This document shows positions 28,301 through 37,051 of a DNA stretch of 64,000 nt, one piece after another. The notes below the pieces were generated by a model, which was not told where the DNA came from, searched no databases, and saw only the letters and a program-made list of their open reading frames with translations. The number at the start of each line of letters is the position of its first letter. Position 1 is the stretch's first letter. Made by a program: the position numbers and the translations under genes. Origin of the DNA: a virus (Duplodnaviria > Caudoviricetes); IMG/VR virus record IMGVR_UViG_3300028025_004842, positions 1,656 to 65,655 of that record; one strand, written 5' to 3'.

Positions 28301-29681
28301 CATCAACAGCAACCTTTCCGTCTTTTCCTACCAATTTAAGAAGCTCCGAAAGTCCACTTCCTTTTGCTCCATTCTTATTGAGATGAACACCAAATGAAAC
28401 TAATACGTCTAATGCTTTCTTTATTCTAGGATTTGAATATTTAGATAAGATTGTTGTTGGGTCAATATCCTGTCCAGTAACAAGATTGGCGATATCTGTA
28501 AATACCTCTGTACGTATTTTCTTTGCATCTACTGCTACTTCTTTGGTTTTCTGCTCCCCATCAAATCCAAGCTCATCTTTAACGTCATTAGTTGCCTTAT
28601 TCCTAACTCTATCAACCATCATAAATGGAATCATTTGAGCTAAGTAATTACGCATTGACAATCCTTGCGCTATATATGTTCCGTAGTTTTGGTATTCTTT
28701 ATTTGCTAATTCAAAAGCCTCTGTTGTACTAGCATCCTGCCTTGCTGAATATGCAGCCATTGAATCAATCAATCGCTGTGCGAATATTGCATTGATTATA
28801 TCAGGATGAAGCTCTTGATTTTTAGCTAATTTATATGCTACATTACCAGTTCTATCGGCATCCATCAATGCTATTGCATCAGCCATTACTTTCTTCTGAT
28901 TGCGAACTTCGTAATTCTTTCCAGCTTCTACAATATCAGCTAAATCATTTCTTTCTTGTTTGCGCAATCCTGCTACAAAATCTTTAGCAGTCTTGGATAC
29001 TTTAAGCTGTCCACTTCCCCTTTGAGATTCTTCAACCTCATCGGAATATCGAGCCATTTCTTCTGTTAAATCTTTCTCTATATTCTCCTTCTGACTATCA
29101 GTTAATCCTGCGTAATCTTCATTTGCTCTTAACGATTCAATAGCAGCATTAATAATATCAATAAACTTACCACCATTTTCTGCAACAAGGGCAGCAGCTT
29201 CTAAGGCTGCATCTACCGCTTGTTCAAGGAATGGTAATGATGAATATGTTTCTCCTCTGTTCTTTAATTTAGCAGCACGCAATTTCTCCGCAAACAACTT
29301 ACCCTTTTCAGTATTAGTCATCGGCTTGGCTTCCTCCTGCACAATTGGTGCTACAACATCAGCAGCCTCCTGTGCAAGTGCTTCTCCAAGCATATTGAAC
29401 ACAGCAACAACATCGGGAGTTCTTACTTCTTCGGGGATCGCCTTGCTTGATTTAGAGCGATTGCGACTGCCTGCTTTTGGTCTTTCCCCGCCTTTATCTC
29501 CTTCTTTATATTCTTGCTGATTGTCTCCTTCGACTTTCCCTTTAGTAGCGGCATCGTATTTAGATTTTAGTGTTGGTGATTCTTTTGTTAGCTCTGCAAT
29601 GTTATCCATTACGTACTGACGTGCCTGAGTGAAATCAAGCACTGTTCCGTCCTTTAATGTGTACTTACATGGATTAGCCAT
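25314..29681 (-). CDS. Giant helical putative ejection (internal virion) protein, 1455 aa
   Basis: Size, helical composition and position at the end of the ejection-protein block; no RNAP motif seen. Confidence 0.7.
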   Translation of the reverse strand: MANPCKYTLKDGTVLDFTQARQYVMDNIAELTKESPTLKSKYDAATKGKVEGDNQQEYKEGDKGGERPKAGSRNRSKSSKAIPEEVRTPDVVAVFNMLGEALAQEAADVVAPIVQEEAKPMTNTEKGKLFAEKLRAAKLKNRGETYSSLPFLEQAVDAALEAAALVAENGGKFIDIINAAIESLRANEDYAGLTDSQKENIEKDLTEEMARYSDEVEESQRGSGQLKVSKTAKDFVAGLRKQERNDLADIVEAGKNYEVRNQKKVMADAIALMDADRTGNVAYKLAKNQELHPDIINAIFAQRLIDSMAAYSARQDASTTEAFELANKEYQNYGTYIAQGLSMRNYLAQMIPFMMVDRVRNKATNDVKDELGFDGEQKTKEVAVDAKKIRTEVFTDIANLVTGQDIDPTTILSKYSNPRIKKALDVLVSFGVHLNKNGAKGSGLSELLKLVGKDGKVAVDATREQVRELVTTNLRGINQALKENEMTDAQVNKAIDAFMETYEEIASWQMNRALARVYAEKKPSISESKNPAIVKQILFGVLEGDRYIDKFAVKYGLPILTPENIAKLTELAENVAAARTKGAFALANANNAFNNYINTLKAKASGGIIGRNIKTFNYIAAYQFNNLLLRASILNKAIISNVFQTFPKMVMQMMREMDIKLGGTFNTLKTSVIDPVTNQPIILEVSPTRDNMTFGSIGINKEGRSDIETDILNQKSKIKRALSKVFLVGSSRAFAVVDALTIPLATSITSRQAYGALLKELYKKNKIDKSRRAIYQDVTALLGRDETTVTAAFSKAMQEMRNSQLWKDSGFSSTDAFPQDPGLMKIGTKEARIYNETKIRMYELLSEGVMERLVQLNQNLNPALSTNDALKISEEYQKEINRYISANTREISFLGRPQGTPGQLADVLNYISSGKMSPLKHSTLMPLFNNAVANGFSLYIKYDPLLSTLRSIKYKRTGKRGLTPKEQNMSYKLDFMLKMDQARLRESMFAAYAITAGLVAMLMKLRGGDDDDDKRIEKAAKGKGTFIATKEMEGRGLLDASGDPIKGGYIYIDGVQQYNWMISPFYGAISAAAVLDNYRVFETSRAVDGIRKPFVEDDEGLNRAIGMYMMNTLSGVMNYSSMSQQYKTLSDLMQLTQESNKGGFERTIETGKNVFANMIQSFVPLSGLQKDAQNAYDAYNGNPNKLATDVFEKMAINLAFTDGALRSNKTDCFGRPVEEELKAVGPFMGFDMFQFDKGEVSLPFNRAYEDDPYMQMHTMHNYYPVVQSSTTIPDVIGIESDYESEQEKAVKGERYKYYSSVSEAETEKTILELKGNKRLQAESIKKGGDYKLNPSIIKYNLELTAEENQKANETMGKMVKTIFDHVTEEGQTNMNQLMKFDNNGQYKECMTSLYSICKKVAIINDIQEMQSQEMYIRSAIRSINSWDKKYLFLEFPTNIREKLEAYVDAIEEKKQ

Positions 29682-30175
29682 TATACGCCTCGTTGTTGGT
29701 CAAACAATAACTCCCCTGCACTATTCCCCATTATTCTATCTAATGTAGACAATAAATCTCCTGCTTCGCCAATGCTCTTACGTTGTGTTTCCACAAAGAA
29801 CAACAACTGCTGATGTATTGTAGCGTCATCGCAGTCCATATACCAATCATTATAGAACTCACCTAACGTCACCTCTTTGGTGTAATACAGCTCAAAAGCC
29901 GAACGTAAAGTTGGAATAGCATCCTTCATAGCTTTCACCATTGGAACGTCTGCTACATCGCCTCTATCGTTCACGAAGTCCACCCATATCTGATAATGCT
30001 TTAACTCATCCTTCGATTCCTTTTGGAAGAATGCCGTACTACCAAACCATCCTAATCCCTGTAGTTGATTAGCAATGTGCTTGTATGTATTGGAAGCGTC
30101 AAGTTCGTATCCGATGGCTTCGTTAATCTTCTTTTTGTATTCTGTACTAAGTAATGATGTTCTCATAATCAGCAT
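29681..30175 (-). CDS. Ferritin (non-heme, FtnA-like)
   Basis: INEAIGYEL.AS..Y; FFQKESKDELKH; four-helix length; likely start at MRTS (30166). Confidence 0.85.
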   Translation of the reverse strand: MLIMRTSLLSTEYKKKINEAIGYELDASNTYKHIANQLQGLGWFGSTAFFQKESKDELKHYQIWVDFVNDRGDVADVPMVKAMKDAIPTLRSAFELYYTKEVTLGEFYNDWYMDCDDATIHQQLLFFVETQRKSIGEAGDLLSTLDRIMGNSAGELLFDQQRGV

Positions 30176-30585
30176 TCTATTTTGGTGAATATTCCTTTCG
30201 CTTTTAACTCATCAGCGATGGCTTCAAAGTTACTACTTATTGCTTTAGCTACAGCAGCATCCTCTCCGTACTTTTCTTTGAATGCTTTGTTCGCCTCTGC
30301 CTTGCTCTTTATACTTTTACCTTTATTCGTAGAATCGAAATCATCGAAGATGTTTGCTTTCTTCTCCTCTGCTTTTGCTTTTGCTTCCGCCTTTGCCTCC
30401 GCTTTCTTCTCACGTATCAACAATGGATCACCCTCGTTGAAAGCGTTGTCATAACGAATGGATTTTAGATACGGAGAGTTGTCTACAACCTCATCCTCCA
30501 AATGCAATGTGTCGAGAAATCGCTTTATGAAATCTGTTTTAAAGAATACCCTTTCTCCGAATGTTACCCTACAAGGTTTGCCCAT
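30169..30585 (-). CDS. 138-aa putative adaptor carrying both N-terminal 'PC' and C-terminal 'KGI...C' modules
   Basis: N-terminus resembles that of the 1455-aa protein; C-terminus resembles that of the 1187-aa protein; EAKAEAK helical linker. Confidence 0.7.
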   Translation of the reverse strand: MGKPCRVTFGERVFFKTDFIKRFLDTLHLEDEVVDNSPYLKSIRYDNAFNEGDPLLIREKKAEAKAEAKAKAEEKKANIFDDFDSTNKGKSIKSKAEANKAFKEKYGEDAAVAKAISSNFEAIADELKAKGIFTKIEC

Positions 30586-30597
30586 ATCAATAATTTC

Positions 30598-31074
30598 TTA
30601 ACGTAATCTTCCTGAACTTAATGTTTTCATGTAATCAGCCTGCTTCTGCATTTGTCCCATTTTGTAATCTCGCTCCTTCGCTGCTACGGCTTTCTTTGCT
30701 TCAGTCGCTTTAAACTCTGCTGCATCGCTCGCTGCTTGCTTCTTTAGCTTACTTCCCTTCAACCATCCTACTGTTGCACCTACTGCCGCACCAACACCTG
30801 CCCCTACTAACGTACCAACTCCAGGAATAGCACTACCAAGTGAAGCTCCCATTGACGCTCCTTTGAGCGCACTAGCTCCTGCCATCTTCGCCACAGTACC
30901 CTTCTCGAACTCCGGAGGAGCTTGCATAGGCTCCATCTCAGGATACTGCTCCTTAAAGTAATTGTTAGCATTGTCCAACGTACCTTGGTCTTGCATCTTT
31001 TCCGCAATGTCATTATAACCCATCGTTGGATAGTGGTTATACTGCATGTAGTTTACGTACGGGTCTCTTGACAT
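30598..31074 (-). CDS. Glycine-zipper putative ejection protein
   Basis: GASMGASLGSAIPGVGTLVGAGVGAAVG. Confidence 0.7.
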   Translation of the reverse strand: MSRDPYVNYMQYNHYPTMGYNDIAEKMQDQGTLDNANNYFKEQYPEMEPMQAPPEFEKGTVAKMAGASALKGASMGASLGSAIPGVGTLVGAGVGAAVGATVGWLKGSKLKKQAASDAAEFKATEAKKAVAAKERDYKMGQMQKQADYMKTLSSGRLR

Positions 31075-31075
31075 A

Positions 31076-34000
31076 TTAATTACAATCTATTTCAATTATA
31101 CCTTTTCTTTGCAATTCTCTCAACGCTTTGTCAACCATCGCCTCTGTTGGTTTTTCTTTCAACATTCTAATTGTATCCTTATCAACATTCTTATTAACGG
31201 CAGCTTGCAAATCACGATATATCTGCTCTAGTTCAGCATTAGCTTGGAACTTATCCTCTACTGATTCTACTCCCTCTTGCGCTGGGAATGCTTGTGGTGC
31301 TTGTTCGGATGTAGGGGTGGTGGTTTCGGCTTGTAGCGTTGGTAAGTATTTTTTTACGTCAATAATTTGCCCTGCTTTTTTAGTTGGTATTCTAACATGG
31401 GCTTCATCACCAAACGTATCGTCTATTTGTATACTTTCAATAGGTACTTTTAACTTAACTATAGATTCTCCATACCCTTCATTCTGACCTGTTTCTTTAG
31501 TGGAAAAGAATACGCCATCTTCAAGACCTTTCATCTTGCCTGTGCTTTCTATTTCCTTTTTGTTCTCAGGAGTTGTTCTATGGTATATAGTAACCATACC
31601 ATCATTATCAATCTCTGCTTTGTTATCATTAAGCTCATCAGCTAAATCCTGTGCATCTAAAAGTTTATCTCCTTGAACTCTTTTAGATATACTTTCTTTG
31701 GCTGCTTCTAAAGGCGATACTTTTTCCTCACCCTTCGCTTCTTGGGTGGGTAGGGATTGTTCTACTTCTTTATCGTCAAAATTTTGGTCAATAAAACGAA
31801 TAGCATCCCTATGTAGTCCTTGTTCTTTTAATTTGTCTAAAACTTCCTGTTTATTAGTTGCACCATCTTTTATTGCCGTATTAATATACTCTTGCCCCTT
31901 TGCAATTTTATCATCAAAAGAAATGTCTTTTTCTATAAATACAGGTATCAATTTTTCACCTCTTTCTCTTGCAACAACAGCCCTGTTTCTGCCCTCTTGT
32001 TTATGCGCCTGCCCATTTTCTTTTAATGACAGATACGGCATATTTATCTTATCCCCCTTATTTATACCTTCAATAATACTTGCCTTTTTCTCGTCAAGCA
32101 CGTTTAGGTCGGTGTTGCTTCTTGTTATATCATCCCTTACTTTTTTCAAATACGCATCTGGCGACATCATTACAACCTCACCGCTTACTCCTTTATAGAA
32201 GTAATTATAGCCATCATCTTCCAACAAACCGTCTAACCCACTTATTCCTGTTTTTTTAGGATTAAACATTCCTTTGTAACTTTCCACATCTCCCTCTACT
32301 CCACTCTCACCCTTCGCTTCTTCTGCAACGGGGGCTTGTGCTTTCAGCTCTTTCTCTTGTTCTAATAGCGGCGTGATTACCTCATCATACTTATCGTATA
32401 TCTCTTTCTTTGCTACTTCGTCATTAGGGTCAATAGCTTCGTTCTCCGCTTGCTCCTGCTCTCTTAGGTTTGCTATAGCATTCTCTACCTCTGGAAGAGT
32501 TTGTGGTGCTTCTTCTGTTGGAAGATTCTTACCCTCTGCAATCTCACCCAATCTATTATTCACCTCATCCAACCTATCCTGTAAAGGCTTCGCCATAGCA
32601 GGATTAGTCTGTTCTATCTGCTGCTCTAAATCTTGCTGTTCAAGAACTAACGCTGTTGCCTCTGCTCTTGCAGGTTCACTCTCTACTACAGGAGGAACAG
32701 TCGCTGCTGCTTGCTTTGTCTTTTCAAGCATCTCCACCATCTGCTGCTTCTGCTCAGGTGTTATATCGTTAGCTACAACGGAAGCATCAAGCTGCTCCAT
32801 GAAATCAATCTCTGCCTCTGGATCACGAGCTGCCTTATTCACTACATCAGCAAATGCTTTATTTCTCCCTGCGCCAAAGAACGGCCCTAATAATCCCCCT
32901 CCTGCTGCACCTGCAATAACGCTTTCTGCTAATCCTTTTCCAAATCCTTCAAGTGATAAGTCGTCTTTGAATTTAACATCTTCCTTTAACGATGCTAATT
33001 TCTTAGAACCAAATTCAGTTGTAAATTCCGCCCCTTCTTGTAATCCTTCTTTAGCAGCCCCCTCTAATGTATTAAGAAGAACCTTCTTCCCAAACTCCAT
33101 CATCATCTGCGGAGTTCTCTTTTCAGCTAATTCCTTCGCTCCTTGCTTAATTGCGCTTTTAAGCGATGTCTTACTAAATGCTCCTGCTAATGATTCAACC
33201 CCTTTATCCCCTAAGTATGCAGCAACGATTCCTGTTGGCATAGCGAAGAACATTGATTCAGCTTTTGTAAGCCCTGCATCTCTCCCCTGCTTATATATAT
33301 CTCCATACACTTGCGAGAATCCTGCTGCTTGCGCTCCTGTAGCCCCTGCTGCTGCTCCGCCACCAAACGTCATAGCAACGCTTCCTAATAGATTTCCTAA
33401 TAGCTGTGATGTGTTATATACATTGACATCATCCATCAACGATACATTCGCTTGTGGGCTATACTTAGCAACATCAACAGACACTTTATCTGCTAGATTG
33501 AATATAGCGTCAGACACTACATTTCTATCCGTTGGTAATGGTGATGGTAGTACATCAATCACAGCCCCAAGTGTCTTTAATAATGCAGGAGCTGTTGCGT
33601 TCCATGTAGAAGCAGCCATTACATCAGAAGGACTTCTTGGATTTATAATGGTTGATGGAATCAATCCCTTTAGATTTGATTGAACACCAGCTCCCATTGT
33701 CTTAATGAAGCGTGCGTTCTGCTGATATTTGTTTAGTTGGTCATTGTAATCACTAGCAGCTTGATTGTAGTTAGCTTGTGTCTGCTGCAATTGTTCAGAA
33801 AGCATTGATGCTGTCTGTGAGTCAATGTTAGGATTCTGTAATTGTTGTTGTAGATTCTCACCCTCCGCTTTTATCTGTTCCAATCCTTGTGTAAGGGCTG
33901 TGATATTCTGATCTAACTGCTGATTCTCTGCACTCTTCTCTCTTGAAAAGTCCTTATACATTCTAGCTTGCTCCGTCTTGCGCTCTTTGATGTCGGGAAT

Positions 34001-34639
34001 AGCATTAACACTTGCTATCCTAACTTGCTTTGGCGATTTACCTGCAAGCATCTTAGCCACCTTATCATCGCTGATATTAGGTAATTCACCACCAGGAACT
34101 TGCTTACGCAACTCTTTTACATCTGCTGCTGATAATGTTTCAGGGAATGCTCCCTGTCCATCAGCATACACCTGCATAGTTTTCTGTATGTTATCTAACG
34201 ATGCTTCACTGCTTTTCTGTGGTAACGTAGATGGTTGTTCCACTCCACGTCCTTTCGTAGCCGAACCTCCACCCACCGATGCAGAAGGAACGGCTGATGG
34301 CTTTCCCAAGCCGCCAAATCCATACTTGTCAGCAGCTTCGTTTAGGTCAGCAGGCATGATTTGACTATACACATCATTCTCTACCAAAAGGGAATGTAGT
34401 TTTTTTAGCTTAATAGGGTCTCTGTATTTCTCAACAAAGTCATCAAACCTCTCAGGAGTTATCTTGCTGTATACATCATTATCTACAAGTAATGAATGTA
34501 GCTTTTGAAGATTCTGTAATCCTTTAGAAGGGTTAGGCTCTACATCTACCACATCTTCCTGTACATCAATAGGAGATTCCACTATTGGAGCTTCCATTGA
34601 TACTGATTCTTCTGGACTTGTAATAATTTCTTCTGCCAT
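31076..34639 (-). CDS. Polyvalent putative ejection protein with ParB-like and ART-like inserts, 1187 aa
   Basis: Coiled coil and Gly/Ala hydrophobic core (EG.QEG), MSPDAYL...QEGRNRA ParB-like segment, YHRT...GVFFST...YG ART-like segment. Confidence 0.7.
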   Translation of the reverse strand: MAEEIITSPEESVSMEAPIVESPIDVQEDVVDVEPNPSKGLQNLQKLHSLLVDNDVYSKITPERFDDFVEKYRDPIKLKKLHSLLVENDVYSQIMPADLNEAADKYGFGGLGKPSAVPSASVGGGSATKGRGVEQPSTLPQKSSEASLDNIQKTMQVYADGQGAFPETLSAADVKELRKQVPGGELPNISDDKVAKMLAGKSPKQVRIASVNAIPDIKERKTEQARMYKDFSREKSAENQQLDQNITALTQGLEQIKAEGENLQQQLQNPNIDSQTASMLSEQLQQTQANYNQAASDYNDQLNKYQQNARFIKTMGAGVQSNLKGLIPSTIINPRSPSDVMAASTWNATAPALLKTLGAVIDVLPSPLPTDRNVVSDAIFNLADKVSVDVAKYSPQANVSLMDDVNVYNTSQLLGNLLGSVAMTFGGGAAAGATGAQAAGFSQVYGDIYKQGRDAGLTKAESMFFAMPTGIVAAYLGDKGVESLAGAFSKTSLKSAIKQGAKELAEKRTPQMMMEFGKKVLLNTLEGAAKEGLQEGAEFTTEFGSKKLASLKEDVKFKDDLSLEGFGKGLAESVIAGAAGGGLLGPFFGAGRNKAFADVVNKAARDPEAEIDFMEQLDASVVANDITPEQKQQMVEMLEKTKQAAATVPPVVESEPARAEATALVLEQQDLEQQIEQTNPAMAKPLQDRLDEVNNRLGEIAEGKNLPTEEAPQTLPEVENAIANLREQEQAENEAIDPNDEVAKKEIYDKYDEVITPLLEQEKELKAQAPVAEEAKGESGVEGDVESYKGMFNPKKTGISGLDGLLEDDGYNYFYKGVSGEVVMMSPDAYLKKVRDDITRSNTDLNVLDEKKASIIEGINKGDKINMPYLSLKENGQAHKQEGRNRAVVARERGEKLIPVFIEKDISFDDKIAKGQEYINTAIKDGATNKQEVLDKLKEQGLHRDAIRFIDQNFDDKEVEQSLPTQEAKGEEKVSPLEAAKESISKRVQGDKLLDAQDLADELNDNKAEIDNDGMVTIYHRTTPENKKEIESTGKMKGLEDGVFFSTKETGQNEGYGESIVKLKVPIESIQIDDTFGDEAHVRIPTKKAGQIIDVKKYLPTLQAETTTPTSEQAPQAFPAQEGVESVEDKFQANAELEQIYRDLQAAVNKNVDKDTIRMLKEKPTEAMVDKALRELQRKGIIEIDCN
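31727..32322. repeat. 17-bp direct repeat CTCACCCTTCGCTTCTT flanking an in-frame domain
   Basis: Exact copies at 31727-31743 and 32306-32322 (both encode EAKGE). Confidence 0.85.
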
Positions 34640-34650
34640 TGTTTTTATTT

Positions 34651-36201
34651 TTATAGTCCGCTATTTTTAATGTCTTCCGCTTGCTGCGCTGCTGATTTCT
34701 TTTTCTTCGATACAGGCACATCACCCTTTGGTTTAGGAATATCAATTTTAGATGCAGGCGCATTTGATTGATTATAACTGTCAATCTTCTTCTGTAAATT
34801 ATCTCTATCTACTACAGCATTCTGATCTAATTGATTCAAATCAGCTCTTTCGTATTTAGTTGCATCAAGGAATCTACTAACTCCCATATCTGCATAGTTT
34901 CTCATCAATTCAACTGGTGAGCCATCATTAGTTTTTCCTTCTCCAAATACAACAAATCCAGCTTTCGCTTTTCCTTGCTGTGCCATTGCCAATGCGTATT
35001 GACTTAATAATGGCTCTCCTTTATTAAATTTCTTTGCAGGCAATGTATAGTATTGACCATTCTGTAATTTAATTTTTGTTGCAGGGAAATTATAATCTTC
35101 TTTTGCTACATACCCTAATCCAACTCGATTATATGTTCCTTCTACAACGTCAGCTTTCTCCATTCTTTTGCCTGATTTAACGTTGTATGTTTCACCATCA
35201 TTAGGAAGTGTTAGCTTTACATCTGATTGAACAGGAAGTCCTCCAAATGACCTAAACACTTGCTTACTAGGCCCCACGTAAATATCTGATTGCTGTGTGA
35301 AGTTAACAGGTATTCCTCCTGCTTTGCTTCCTGTGTTATAGCTAACATTAATTCCTTTAGAAGGAGTTACATTAATTTGCTTAGAGCGAGTGTCAACATC
35401 AGTCTGTGCTTTTTGCTGCACCCATGCTGTTGTATTCTTTAGGAATTCATCTACGCCTTCTGGTGTTGAGAAATCATATGGTCTATTTTCTTGTTGAGAA
35501 ACAAGTAAATAATCATTTATTGCAGATTTCTTTCTATTAGCATCACTCATAATGTTAGCAGTGATAAGCGCAGGGACATTTTTATTTATATCTGCTCCTG
35601 CAAATTTCTTATCGCCAACTGTAATTACAGGAGCGCCTTCCAATAATTCAAATTGCATACTATTTATAGACTTGGCAATACTTTCGCCTGTACCAGTGTA
35701 CTTAGGATTATCAAACACAAATTGGTCATTTGCAAATGCTATTGATGTAGCAGGCCCTAACTTAGCAAGTTCTTGATTAATTTGATTCTTATCTGATAAT
35801 GTACCAATAATCTTCAATGCTTCTGTATCAGCAGGCATACCACCTTGCTGTAAAGATAATCTCTTATAGCCCTCCGCTTGATCTCTAAATGCCTTGCTTG
35901 ATGAATTTATATCTTGCATATTGGCGGCGTGTAGAGAATAGTCATCAGGGCTGTCTTCGAATGATTGCAAGGCATCAGCATACTTCTGCTTTATCAATTG
36001 CGCTTGATAAGGAAGTAATCCCGATGTATCCACTTTCATCAATGCTCTTTCGTATGGCGCACGCTTCTTAGCCTTTGCTTCCGCCTCTGCTGCTTCCGCT
36101 TTAGCACGCCCTCTCTCCCTTGCGAGGTCTAACGCCATTTGACGCTTATAATCGTACTTGCCTTGTAATGCTATTCCTAATGCTAATGGTGATATTGCCA
36201 T
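34651..36201 (-). CDS. Putative ejection/internal virion protein, 516 aa
   Basis: Position between cargo genes; helical N-terminus. Confidence 0.65.
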   Translation of the reverse strand: MAISPLALGIALQGKYDYKRQMALDLARERGRAKAEAAEAEAKAKKRAPYERALMKVDTSGLLPYQAQLIKQKYADALQSFEDSPDDYSLHAANMQDINSSSKAFRDQAEGYKRLSLQQGGMPADTEALKIIGTLSDKNQINQELAKLGPATSIAFANDQFVFDNPKYTGTGESIAKSINSMQFELLEGAPVITVGDKKFAGADINKNVPALITANIMSDANRKKSAINDYLLVSQQENRPYDFSTPEGVDEFLKNTTAWVQQKAQTDVDTRSKQINVTPSKGINVSYNTGSKAGGIPVNFTQQSDIYVGPSKQVFRSFGGLPVQSDVKLTLPNDGETYNVKSGKRMEKADVVEGTYNRVGLGYVAKEDYNFPATKIKLQNGQYYTLPAKKFNKGEPLLSQYALAMAQQGKAKAGFVVFGEGKTNDGSPVELMRNYADMGVSRFLDATKYERADLNQLDQNAVVDRDNLQKKIDSYNQSNAPASKIDIPKPKGDVPVSKKKKSAAQQAEDIKNSGL

Positions 36202-36213
36202 ATGTATTATTTA

Positions 36214-37026
36214 TTATGATGTTCCGCCGCTAAACATTTTCGCAATATTAGCGAATGATGCTCCTGTGTCAAATGAATTAACCATATTCGTAGTTCCTTG
36301 CTGTACTGCTTGACCTAACGCTTGCTCTGTCATCAATCTACGGCGCATTGCTGCTTCCGTATTCATATTCTGCATTCTCTGTAATCCTGCTGTCTGCTCA
36401 TCTGCATAACGTATGTTACCCATCTGTCTGTCGGCATCGCCTGCTGCAAACTGATTTAGTGCCATAAACTTCTGCATTGAGCCTCTTGCTCCTAATGCTC
36501 CTGCGAGATTACCACCTGCTAGATTACGTTGATTAGCAAACTGCGTGTTTAACGCTGTTCCTAAATTAGCTTTATATGCTGCAATCTGCGATGGTGTATA
36601 TCCCATCTGTGCCATCTGTTGCGCTCTTTGATTTGCTGCAAGCGTTCCTGCTGATGCTTTATATTCGGGCTGTGGTGTTTTGGAAAGTTTATTCAATTGA
36701 TACAATCCAACACCTGTCTGTATAGCGCCTAATCCAAATCCAATGGGATTGAATCCTCCTGCTATAGCAGCAGGTGCTGCTGCGGCGGCTGCCGGAGCTG
36801 CGGAATTAAATATCTGCTGCGACATTGTATTAGGATTCGCACTAACCTGTGGATTTAATGCAAATTGAGGACTATATGGTTGCGTTCCACTTAATGTTGT
36901 TCCAGGTTGAGAATAACCTTGACCAGCATATTGAGGAGCAGAGGCAGGAGCTTGGTATCCATTTCCTAAATAGTAAGGATTTTGACCGCCATAATAATCG
37001 CCTCCTCCTGGATATTTTTCAAACAT
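36214..37026 (-). CDS. Putative ejection (cargo) protein, Gln/Ala/Gly-rich
   Basis: Low-complexity protein with amphipathic GLGAIQTGVGLYQ, directly after the muzzle gene. Confidence 0.65.
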   Translation of the reverse strand: MFEKYPGGGDYYGGQNPYYLGNGYQAPASAPQYAGQGYSQPGTTLSGTQPYSPQFALNPQVSANPNTMSQQIFNSAAPAAAAAAPAAIAGGFNPIGFGLGAIQTGVGLYQLNKLSKTPQPEYKASAGTLAANQRAQQMAQMGYTPSQIAAYKANLGTALNTQFANQRNLAGGNLAGALGARGSMQKFMALNQFAAGDADRQMGNIRYADEQTAGLQRMQNMNTEAAMRRRLMTEQALGQAVQQGTTNMVNSFDTGASFANIAKMFSGGTS

Positions 37027-37051
37027 ATCGTATCGTATTAATTTTGTAAAG

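Noticed and set aside
31076-31090. C-terminal Cys-Asn suggesting a split intein
   Set aside because: No intein blocks (N-terminal C/S, TxxH, terminal His-Asn) in either partner, and the paralogous terminus ends in Cys without Asn.
32373-33683. 436-aa plus-strand ORF and other long antisense ORFs (e.g. 59004..59849, 31698..32198)
   Set aside because: Shadow frames of strongly coding opposite-strand genes, with S/A/P/F-rich composition and no motifs.
25314-36201. Possible crAss-type virion RNA polymerase among the giant proteins
   Set aside because: No DxDxD catalytic motif in a plausible context was seen, and host-type promoters occur throughout.
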